From Takakia lepidozioides (lineage: Eukaryota > Plantae > Bryophyta): a DNA stretch of 64,000 nt. The DNA lies in assembly GCA_030704615.1 (NCBI GenBank), contig CM060734.1, positions 60,140,001 through 60,204,000 of the forward strand, in the 5' to 3' direction. A program made the position numbers and the translations under genes. Each line of letters opens with the position of its first letter. Within the stretch, counting starts at the first letter, position 1. A model generated the notes under the pieces. The model saw only the letters and a list, made by a program, of their open reading frames with translations, was not told the DNA's origin and made no database searches. Shown one piece after another: positions 36,903 through 47,773 of this stretch.

Positions 36903-37160
36903 CGCCCCCTAGCTGGTGCTTAGGTCCCTCTAAGTCCAGGTAGCCACAAGATGTGATAGTGACCATAGCCTCACTAAGTCCTCCACCACTATCCCTACTA
37001 CACTCAAACTCGATAGATCAAGAGGCCGGGTGCAAGAGTTGCCCCATCGTTAGTCGCCGTCTTGCAACCTATGAACTTGAGCTTGGGATCTCATGTATTG
37101 ACACCCTATGAGCTTGGCCTCCCATGTCTTGTTAGCTGCCTCAAGTCATGTCCACTGCCA

Positions 37161-37397
37161 TTATCCCAAGCAGTGTGGACACAACCAATCTCCGTCAGGA
37201 ACCTTCTCAAGAGGTGGTGTCAAGCATCCCATATGCCAACCCCTTGAGCATCGATCACACACCAGCATGGTGGCTGCCCCTTTGGCAGACCCACAGAGCA
37301 TGCACCTCAAACCTGCAGGTACCACTGCCAAGTTTGGGTCAACTCTGCCATCGACATTGGGAAGGTGACATGGCGCACAATTACGCACATGGTCCTT
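37161..37397 (-). pseudogene. PHD finger at the integrase C-terminus
   Basis: CMLC...LVCDRCSRGWHMGCLTPPLEKVPDGDWLCPHC (C4HC3); in frame with integrase across a single TAG (probably from TGG). Confidence 0.92.
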
Positions 37398-40293
37398 CTA
37401 AGACATGCCATCCCGACCCTCCAAGATCAGGACTCCTGAGGACAACACCTCTCGAACCCTCAGAATAACACGCCCTGCAGTGACATCCAGGGTCGTAGAA
37501 GCAGTCTGCTGCAAATAAACATAGTCACCAGGGCTAAACCTCCGAACCCCAGGACGATATCCTCCACCACGTATAGTGGCATACCTCAACGTATTACGGT
37601 GCTGTGCAATGGCAAGGTTCTCAAAAACCATGGGCATGACTTTCTTGAACAACTCTGCACGCTGATCACATGCACGTACCCACACGTCCGGATCGTCAAG
37701 GTTAAGGACTTGAGCAGTGTCCCTACGAATGGCTGCAGGCAAATCCGGCTCTCGCCCAAAGAGAAGGAAATATGGTGAGAAGGAGGCAAATGATGCTTGT
37801 TTGCTGAACCTGTAGCCCATGGCTAACCAAGGAACCTGAAGATCCCAATCTCCTAGGTGTCCCTTTTGCAAGCCATACTTGCGCAAACCCCTCTTCACCG
37901 TCTGAACAACTCTCTCTACTAAGCCATCGGCCTCAGGATGATCCCGAGAAGTGGTGCGGTGGTCTATCAAGGCTTTATCACACAAAGCCTGAAACTCCCC
38001 CAAAAACTCTCTCCCTTGGTCCGTGAGTACCTCAGCTGGAACACCAAATCGGCTAAGCACACGATCCAAGAATGCATACGCAGACCCCTCACTAGCCTTG
38101 TCAGGCAATGGAACCAACTCAATCCACTTGGAGAAGTGCTCCACCATCACCAACACATATCTGTGGTGGCGCATAGTCAGTGGCAACGGTCCTGCGAAGT
38201 CAAGACTCCACCTGTAGCCCAATCCCATGATTGGTAAAAGATGCAACTGTGGTGTAGGGGCGTTGAATGAAGCACGCACCCTGTCACACACCATGCACCT
38301 AGCCACGAACTGTTGCACCTCTGTATGCATACCACGCCACCAATATTGCCCCTGCAGTAAACTGTGAGTGCGTCGCACTCCAAAATGCCCCAACTCCTCA
38401 TAGGCATGCTGCACTAACCGTGCACGCTGTGTGGGGTGAGGCACAATCCTCACCCGACCATCCTCCCACACTCGAAGTAGGTGTATCCCCTCCCACTTGA
38501 ACCTCTTGGCTCGTTGCAGGATCCGATCCCTCTCCCTGGCAGTCACAATGGCTGCTGTGTCTCCCGTGCGGAGGTAGTCCAACACAGCCGAATCCTCATG
38601 TATATCTCTGGCACCACCTAGCTCATCACTAGCCTCAGGGTCCTCAGACACTCCGTCTACAGTCATCCCTGTTGTAGGTCCAACCTGACCTCTTGATGCC
38701 AAGATACACAAAAATGCAGATGCGTGCCATCCCGGCACCATCTCCTCGTCCGTCTCACCATGCCACCGAGCTCCAGTGTCATCATGCTGGCTCATGCATG
38801 GATTGCGACTCAATCCATCTGCATCCCGATTGACCAAACCCGGTCGATGCACAACCTGAAAGTCATACTCCTGGAGTATAAGTGCCCACCGTGCAAGCTT
38901 CCCCGTAAGCTTGTCTGACTCCATCAACCACTTGAGTGGCTGGTGATCCGTGACAAGGGTGAAAAGATTGTCGTATAGATAGCACCTGAAGTGTGCCACG
39001 GCCCACACTGCAACTAAGCATTCTCCCTCATATGAGCTGTACTTAGCCTCTGCAGCGTTGTTCGAGCGGCTAGCGTAAGCCACTACGAACTCTCTTCCCT
39101 CATCATCCACCTGTGTGAGCACCGCTCCAAGCCCCAGCATGCTCCAATCCGTATGCAGCTGAAAGGGACGCCCCCTGATAGGTCGTCTCAAGATAGGCGC
39201 CGAGGTCAACCTCGCCTTGAGCTCTTGAAAAGCTCGTTCCTGCTCATCTTCCCACTGCCACTCCTGGTCCACCTTGGTCAGCTTGGTTAGAGCCTTTGCA
39301 ATGGTACTAAATCCCTTGACAAACCGTCTATAATAGTTTGCCAACCCCATGAAAGCTCGAACTCGGCTCACATCCGTGGGGCGTGGAATTTGTGCAATGG
39401 CCTCTACTTTAGTCTGTTGTACCCCCAATCCTCCAGGATATATCATGTGACCCAGATACTCAATCTGGTTGTGGAAAAACTTGCACTTCCCCGGATGCAA
39501 CTTCAATCCGTGCGCTCTCAAGCGCTCCAATACCACCTGAAGGTGTCTCTCATGCTCCTCCATCGTAACACTAAAGATGATGATGTCATCTATGTAGCAC
39601 CGAGCAAATCCACCCCTGCTAGAATCCTATCCATGACTCTCTGAAACTCAGCAGGAGCATTCTTAAGCCCAAATGGTAAGAACCGCCACTGATATAGGCA
39701 ATCATTCCGTGCTCATTGATCCCCCAGAATGTCGTCTTCTGCTTGTCCGCCTCCTTGATTGGCAACTGGTGATATCCGGATCGTAAATCCAAAGTGCTAA
39801 AGGCCTTAGCATGCCCGATGGCATCAAAGATCTCCTCTGGTTTTGGCATGGCATACTTATCGGACTTGGTCTGACGATTTACAGGCCGGTAATCACCGCA
39901 CATACGTCTCTCCGTCCAATTGCCATAGACATCCTTCTTGGCTGGCATCACTGTGGCTGAAGCATACTCTCCACCAGAGAGCTCCACCAAACCTGCCTCC
40001 CAGAGATCTTGAGTCCTCATCTGAATCAAAGACCTCTCCATGTCACTGTATCTATAGGGTCTCCGAAAGATTGGCGTGTCAGTGGCCAACTCAATACGGA
40101 TCTCTTGACCCTTCAGTGCTCCCAAGTCCTTCAAACTGAAGGCAAAGCAATTCCTGTAAGCCCTCAGGAACCGCCGTATACGTCGTCTCTCTCCTCCGGT
40201 GACAATGGGTCCAATGTCAGGCTCCCAATTGTCCTCCGTAACTGCAACCTTAAGTCCAGTGGGCTTAGAGGTAGAGGACGCGTCCAGTGGTTG
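37398..40293 (-). pseudogene. RT - RNase H - integrase of the DNMT-Gypsy
   Basis: RMCGDYRPVN, LDLRSGYHQ, CYIDD, LHTDWS, YSSYEGE, HHCC (HFG...CMVC), WSLDFAGP, TDQGREF, DGLVER; frameshift near 39700. Confidence 0.93.
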
Positions 40294-40589
40294 TTATGTT
40301 GCAACCTCTTGAGCAGTACTCCCTACCTGCTCAGTCAATGACAAGGCCTCATCCTGCCCCATCATCTCATCCTTGAGGACCTCCTCAACCCGAGAAGAAT
40401 CCCCAACCTCATCCATCACAGCCGCCTTGGCTGTTAACTCCCTCTGAACCTCGAGCACCTCCCACGTGTGCCATGGATGCATGCACCCCGTGGTCCTCAC
40501 ATGCTCGCCCCCACTCACTGCCTGTACCGTCTCGGTAGGCAGAGAGACCATTGAGGGAAGTGTACTCCGCACTCTGCGTTGCTCAGCCA

Positions 40590-41560
40590 GAGCCAAGCTG
40601 ATAATCCAGGTCAAGTAATTGAGATCCATTGCTTGCCCCAACACTTGACGACGTGATGCCTCAGAAAGAGACGACACCGCCGTGGTACCAGTGGTAAAAC
40701 CCATTGCCCGCTCACGCTCGTCAGCATTAGGCTCCACTAACTGCTGCAACTGAGCATCCCACAGGAAGCCAGGTCCACTATCCCGGAAAGCATGCGATCC
40801 TGGGAAGCTGAGCAGTGTAGGTAATGCTGCTCGTGGTTGACCCACCTTGTTGACCACTGCCAAAGGCGAACGGTCATCGTGTCTCACACGCTGAGACTGC
40901 CTCCCTATGTCCAGAATGTTATCCACTGTGAGATGTGCTGGCCGTTGCACCCCATCAAATGCACGCTTGAGCAGTGCGGGTGGCATCAAGTTAGTCCACC
41001 ATAGCCGTGGACGATGAGCCCGTGACCCCACTGTAGCTGCATCTAGCAACACTGCTGATCCAAGCCACGACCGGACTTGATGCACACTGGCCATCACCCT
41101 GGCCCGAGAATCGCCCATCAGTGGCACATTCTCCAAGATGTATGCTGGAGATACAGCTTGATGAAGCTGCAAGTGGCACAAAACCCGCACCATCTCCCAA
41201 AACAGACCCGACCTCGAGTCTCGCAATCCATTGCCATGCCCGGCTGATGAATGCCCTTGGCAGGGCCAACCTGCCACTACCAGATCAATGGAGCCAACCC
41301 GCTCCAAATCCTGCGCCCCCAGCAACGAAATGTCTGCTGGCAAGGCCTGCTGATATCCACGAATTGCAGATACCGACAACAACTCAGGCTACCGCTGCAC
41401 CAACTGAGCAACATGGCGAAGTGAAACGCGTCGTGTAGTCTCATCCCTCTCCACATACAGGTAACGCCGAACTCGTACACCTGCTTGTAACACAGTAGCC
41501 AATCCGGTGCTGATCCCACCAAACAAGTCCAGAAGACAAATGCCTTCATCCGGATACTGC
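40590..41560 (-). pseudogene. C5 cytosine DNA methyltransferase domain (DNMT3-like motif order) within pol
   Basis: Motif I LDLFGGI, IV AGWPCQ, VI ILENV, VIII AHRPRLWWTN, IX ERAMGF, X LGQAM; one in-frame TAG at 41389-41391. Confidence 0.92.
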
Positions 41561-44469
41561 CACACAATAAGTGTGGTGTCCAATGGAGACAATTGAGGTG
41601 GTCCTGGTGCAATCCCCACACTCTCCTCCTCTCCTGATGATACAAAAGCCTCCATCCAAGCTTGTTGCACCCGTCGATCAGCATCCCGCTGCAAATCCTT
41701 GCTCGTGCCCCACAATGGAGTCTGAGCAACCATGGTAGGCAACTCCGCCATACCATATATGTCATCCTGCTCTCCCGGAGGTGGCACATCCTCTGAATGA
41801 GCGTTGCCCTCAAGCAACTCTCTAGGCCAACTCACTGCCGCTGTGAATGTTGCTAGTGTCGGCATCTTGCCTTGCTGGGCAACCGCAACTCCTCCTATGA
41901 ACGTCACAGGGAGTTGCACACGCCGGCCCTCCCCTGACTGCCATGCAGGCCTATAGGAAGCTGACTCCTCCCAAAAATCCAGGGTGAAGCCCATGGGGTA
42001 CAACACTGCCCCACCAACCAGGACATCGTATGAGACCGCGTCTGTCACAATGGCCTTGGCTCGCATCACTGAGCCATCTGTAGGGTGATCCGGCCGTAAT
42101 CTGATAGCCAACTCACGCCGTGTCATGCCCCGAGCCTGCTCCGATCCTCCCAGAGACATCTGTATCTGGAAAGGACAAGGCTCCATATCCGCCTCCGTGA
42201 GGCCCAAGCCTGCAATAGCAGCTCTGCCCAACATCAATGGCTGAGCTCCCGAGTCCAACAAGACCCGCAATGGCCGGTACCTCTTGCCTGCCGGTCCACT
42301 CAAACAGAAAATGCCATCCTGGTTGTCTAACATGACAACTCCAGGTGTCACCATGGCGCGCTCAATGGCTGGCCTAGCTGGCAGCTCCATCAACCTGGCA
42401 GCTGCAGCTTGCCATGGCGCCGCCGTGGCAGTCTTGACCCTCAAATCCGAGGATCCCTCCGGCACTACACCTCCCACTATCTCCGCAAAAGATGAAGTAA
42501 CATCCCCACTCTCACAGAGTGTAGCTGCCAGCCTGAACACCTCAGCTGGTTTTACCCCCGGCGTCGCAATCATGGTAGCCGAGAACAATGGAGCCTGGCA
42601 CACAGATGTGGCCGCTCCTAGCAGCACACTAGCTGCCGCAGCCTTGGCAACACTAGGTAGTGGTGCTACCCGTGTAGCTCTCCCCAATGGCATAGTAACC
42701 TCCGCCTCGGTAACCGTCGGGCGAGAACTAGGTGCCATGGATGGCGTCGACACTGTCTCCGCCAATGTGAATGACTGAGGAAGCCTAGCCTGACGGCTTG
42801 CCTCCCCACGCTGTGGACCCAACTCCACCTCTGCACCTCGTGGCTCAAGAACTCGTGCTGCTCCTCGAGTCACGGCTGCAGCAGACTCCACCTGCACTAG
42901 TGATAGTGCTGCTCCACACATGAATCCCATGCCTCCCATATCTCCTCCCTCAGGAGAAGGAGGTGGACCATCCGGCCTTAGAGCCGGTACCACCTGAGCT
43001 GTAGCCATGGCAGCAAGCCTCTGCTCTAGCTGCTAAAGCCGGTTGGCCATGCCTTGGTCAACACCTTGACCTCCACGTCCTTGGCCATGTTGAGCTTGCC
43101 CTTGGCCTGCACCTCGTGGCTGGCCACCTCGTCCTCTCTGGGCTACTCCACCTCGCCCCCGGCCACCATTGTTCCCTTGGAACTGGCCTGGGCGCAACTC
43201 AGGATGCAAACCATAACACTGGGCTCTCCATGCCCGTGCTTGCCACAATGCCCACACTGCAACTGTGCAGGCTGTGCATGTGCCGGCCCTTTGCCTCCCT
43301 CTGGGCAGTCCTTTTTGACATGGGGTCCTCCACATGTCCAGCACACCACATCCGCCCGTTGTTGGCCAGCAAATGAAGGGAGAGACCCCTGCATCTGAGG
43401 TCCTCTCTGCCCTTCCCTGAGCTTCACCTGAGCCCCCTTGTTTGAGCACGTTGAGGTAGTGGTTGGCTAGGAGCACCACTACCCCGTGGTGTCTCCTTAG
43501 CAAATCCCACCATGACCACTCATTCATCCACCATGTTGAGCTCTATCCGCTCTGCCAGCAAAAACACATTTGCTAAGGTGGGTTGGGCCGCTTGTAGGAG
43601 AGTTGCATCCCGCACCCTTCTCCTCAGCTCCTTGTCCAATATCCCATACCAGAATTGGACTGCCTGAGCTTCCGTAACCCCTTGGGTTACATTTATCAAG
43701 CGCCTCATGCGAGTGAAAGCCTCCCTCAAGCTCTCGGTCGGCTTCCGTTGGAACTCTTGCAAGCTCCGCAACTTCTCTGTCCTCACCCCTTGGTAGTTCC
43801 CTCTCAACTCTTCAAAGAACTCCACAACAAGGTTGAAGGCAGGCACGGGTGCTAGTGCTGGTGCGGTAGTGGCTTGGGTGGACGTCGTAGCTACTGTACA
43901 CCAGTCCCACTAGTTCCACTGCTACTTGCTGAAGCTGCCGGTGCAGCGGCAGGTGTAGCCACTGCCCTCGTGGCTCTAGTGCCCCTAGTGATGGAGACAT
44001 AGTCGGGTGACCAGTACATCCTCCACTCCTCGATCTCAACCTCATGCCCCCACCTGAACTCATGGTAATCATCCATAGGCGGCCCCTCAAGGTGCTGAAA
44101 CAGCCCTTTCCATGCCATGAACGGCGTAAATAGTTGTGGATTGCGCATTTGCTGCAAATCACACCAACTATCAAACTCTTGGATAAAATCATCCAACTCG
44201 ATGGTGCCCACTGCCCCAGAGTACCTTCGTGGCCCCTTGGTAGCTCCATACATCTCCTCCATTGTGTCCCACAACAATGGCAAAGAAACAACTTGCACCG
44301 CCGGTATGAGTCCTCCTGATTCACAATCCGAATCAGAACCTTCCGTGGAAGACACAGGAGGTGAAGGTGGCCTAAACCGCACACCTCGTCTCGTGTACCC
44401 ACTAGTATCGCTAGTGCTCGAACCGGCATTGTCCCCAACAACTAGTGGCACCTCCGTGTTGACACTCAA
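41561..44469 (-). pseudogene. gag (with Cys/His knuckles) and aspartic protease of the DNMT-Gypsy
   Basis: LDDFIQEFDSW, FQRKPTESLREAFTRM, CWTCGGPHVKKDC, CGHCGKHGH, protease VLLDSGAQ...DVLVG. Confidence 0.85.
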
Positions 44470-45129
44470 CCGGTCATGAACATGTCCCTAACCCCTCTCC
44501 ACAAGGTAACCGGGTAGAGAACCTGTTGCGGCTTATGGTTTGGAATACTGAGTTCCTAACATAGCCTACACCTGTACCTGCATCCACCGCAAGCACTCCT
44601 ATGGTTGGCTGGTCATCACCTCCAACCTCACCACAGGAGAAACAATGATGGTCTGGCTGGTCATCACCCCAGCCTCACCATCGACAGCATGCTCTAGGAC
44701 TGGCCGGTGATCAAATCCGGACCAATCACCTATAAAAACAAGCGCCCACACAAAACTAGCATGGCGCACAGTCAAGCATGCAGGTATGGAGGGGATCCAA
44801 ACACAAGAAATCAGAACGACAACTCCCCCACACCAAAAACAACTCCACGGTGTTGCTCCTGCAAGGACACCCCAGCCCAAACCCGAACTGACTCTTGCCT
44901 CCACCTACGGAAAGGTCTTGGCCTAATGAGAGGGTGGAAACTACAAGGAAGAGAAGCTAAAGCAATGCCTAACCCCAGCATGCCCTCATCCCAACACTCT
45001 TCCTCTCCTCTCACTCGCATGACCATGGGAATATCATGAAGATACTCCTCAAACCGCCCTCCACGAGCTTCAAAATTCGGCCTTCCAGACCACATGCCAG
45101 TCCTTAGGCAGTCCACCACTGCCTCCACG

Positions 45130-45780
45130 AGTCAGCACAGGCCGTCCACAGGTCAACACGGGCCACCATAGACCAACACAGGCCCACACAGCTCACTGGT
45201 CACAGCCGTCACAGTCCCACAGGCCACTGGGCACAGCCTGTCACAGCCCCTCACAGCCCCTCACAGCCCCACACAGGCACACAGCCCCTCACAGCCCCAC
45301 AGCCCAGCAAAGGCCTCACGCACGGCCTGTCACAGCCCCTCACAGCCCCTCACAGCCCATCACAGCCCCAAAGGCCATGGGCACAGCCTGTCACAGCCCC
45401 TCACAGCCCGTCACAGCCCCACAGGCCACTGGGCACAACCTGTCACAGCCTCGCACAGCCCGTCACAGCCCCACAGGCCACTAGGCACAGCCTGTCACAG
45501 CCCCGCACAGCCCGTCACAGCTCGCCACAGCCTGTCACAGCCGGTCACAGCCCCACAGGCCACTGGGCACAGCCTGTCACAGCCCTACACAGCCCGTCAC
45601 AGCTCGCCACAGCCTGTCACAGCCCGTCACAGCCCCACAGGCCACTGGGCACAGCCTGTCACAGCCCCGCACAGCCCCTCACAGCCCCTCACAGCCCCAA
45701 AGGCCACGGGCACAGCCTATCACAGCCTCGCACAGTCCGTCACAGCCCCAAAGGCCTCAGGCACGGCCTGTCACAGCCCC
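45130..45780 (+). repeat. (T/G)CACAGCC minisatellite
   Basis: Dozens of tcacagccc units with higher-order periodicity. Confidence 0.9.
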
Positions 45781-46574
45781 ATCCATGGCCGCTCTGGCAG
45801 TTTAGCCATTTCTCCAAGGGGTTTAGCCACGCCAAGCTAGGGTTTGTGTCTCTTGGACTCTAGGCTTCTTTCCACCGAGCTATGGCGGCTGTGAGGAAAA
45901 AACTCGGTTCATCAATTGTGTCCAGGCCATGTCCTATATTGCAGAGAGGACAAGGCTGTCAGTTTTCATCACGGGGTTAGAGTACTTTGGTGCAAAGGAT
46001 ATCACCATAATGTGCATGGATCACTGGAATGACAATCCATGCATATAGTCCTTGACATTTGTGCAATCCATGTATCTTTCACCTTACAAAAGTGAGGAGT
46101 TAATGCTTGGCAGAATGAAGTATTCAATCATGGTCAGTGCTCAGCTACGAAATACCCTAAAATTCAATCATTGGCAGCAGCTATGAAACTCTCAGTCTAA
46201 AGGATCAGAATGCCATGAAATACCAAAATCTGCGGCTGGGGATTGTGATCCATGTACTTGTAATAGCCAATGAAATGTATGGATGATGAGCCTATAATAT
46301 GATTTATAAGATCATTCCCAATAAACAATGTTAATAGATTTGGAGGGAAGATAATAGGAATAATGGAAGAACTTAATGCGAGCGCGTCAGGACGGTCCAG
46401 CCCTGACACCCCGTACCGCCGGTTCTCCGCCTCCGACAGCCATCGAAAGGCAGCCGGCTGGGCTCGATCAATCCCTCTCCACCCCCGCTCTCATCCCATC
46501 GGCGTCGTCGCCCCTGGCTCGTCGTCGTCGTTCTGCGACACCAGTCCGCCGCTTCCACCAATCCGCCAGTTCCC

Positions 46575-47511
46575 TGTAACCCCCTGCACGTCAGCCCCTA
46601 TAACCCTCACCCCCATGTTACCCTCTGTAACTCCGCCGAGTGTAACCCACACCACCATGTAACCCTCTGTAACCCATGTAACCCCATGACCCTCTGAAAC
46701 CCTCACCAGGTGTAACCCTCACCACCATGTAACCCTCTGTAACACCGCAGAGTGTCACCCCCACCCCTATGTAACCCTCACTCCATGTAACCCTCTGTAA
46801 AACTTTGCAACCCATGTAATCCTCTGTGACCCTCTTAACCTATGTAACCCTCTGTAACCCATGTAACCCCATGACCCTCTGTAATTTTCATCAGGTGTAA
46901 CCCTCACCACCATGTAACCCTCTATAATCCATGTAACCCTCTGTAACACCGCAGAGTGTCACCCCACCCCTATGTAACCCTCACTCCATGTAACCCTCTA
47001 TAACACTTTGCAACCCATGTAACCCTCTGTAACACCGTAGAGTGTCACCCTCACCCCTATGTAACCCTCACTCCATGTAACCCTCTGTAACCCTTTGTAA
47101 CCCATGTAACCCTCTGTGACCCTCTGTAACCCTCACCACCATGTAACCCTCTATAACCTATGTAACCCTTTGTAACACCGCAGAGTGTCACCCTCACCCC
47201 CATGTAACCCTCACTCCATGTAACCCTCTGTGACCCTCTGTAACCTATGTGACCCTCTGTGACCCTCTATAACCCTCACCAAGTGTAACCCTCTGTAACC
47301 CTCCGTAACCCTCTGTAACACCGCAGAGTGTCACCCTCACCCCCATGTAACCCTCACTCCATGTAACCCTCTGTGACCCTCTATAACCCTCACCAGGTAT
47401 AACCCTCACCACCATGTAACCCTCTGTAACACCGCAGAGTGTCACCATCACCCCCATGTAACCCTCTGTGACCCTCTGCAACCCATGTAATCCTCTGTGA
47501 CCCTCTATAAC
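46575..47511 (+). repeat. TGTAACCC minisatellite with higher-order blocks
   Basis: Repeated tgtaaccctc/tgtaacccat units and a recurring aacaccgcagagtgtcacc. Confidence 0.9.
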
Positions 47512-47519
47512 CGAGCTCC

Positions 47520-47773
47520 TGCATCATTTAGGATTGAGTGTGCTCATGATGGGAGTGTAGGTTGTTGTGGGGTGGAGTCCCCACAGCTTGGGGTGCCCCT
47601 GGCTCGACTTCTGTTTTAAAGAGTGATAGCGATGGATTTCATATTTCTTGTGTTGGGAGTGTGTGTCCTTTTAGCTTTTCTTATCTATTGTGGCAGACTA
47701 CTTTATTGTGCATATATGTGTGGTGTGGTTTGGACAGCGATGTAGTTGTGTAGCGATACATATGCGCACGACA
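47520..47773 (+). mobile_element. Terminal fragment (B'+A') of a relative of the DNMT-Gypsy, opposite orientation, abutting the RNase H start of family A copy 2
   Basis: ...ggacagcgatgtagttgtgtagcgatacatatgcgcacgaca is the reverse complement of the 36713 repeat; gtggagtccccacagcttggggtg matches the B segment. Confidence 0.75.

Larger units (their letters stand above)
36219..45880 (-). mobile_element. Ty3/Gypsy retrotransposon encoding gag-PR-DNMT-RT-RH-INT-PHD; 5' end not identified
   Basis: See sub-features; one colinear polyprotein interrupted by stops and frameshifts. Confidence 0.92.

Noticed and set aside
45130-47511. CRISPR-like arrays
   Set aside because: Short degenerate tandem units without unique spacers, eukaryotic context, no cas genes.
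36219-47773. One DIRS-like element with inverted terminal repeats
   Set aside because: The element encodes a DDE integrase and no tyrosine recombinase; the 47.7 kb repeat is diverged and better explained as the end of a separate relative in the opposite orientation.
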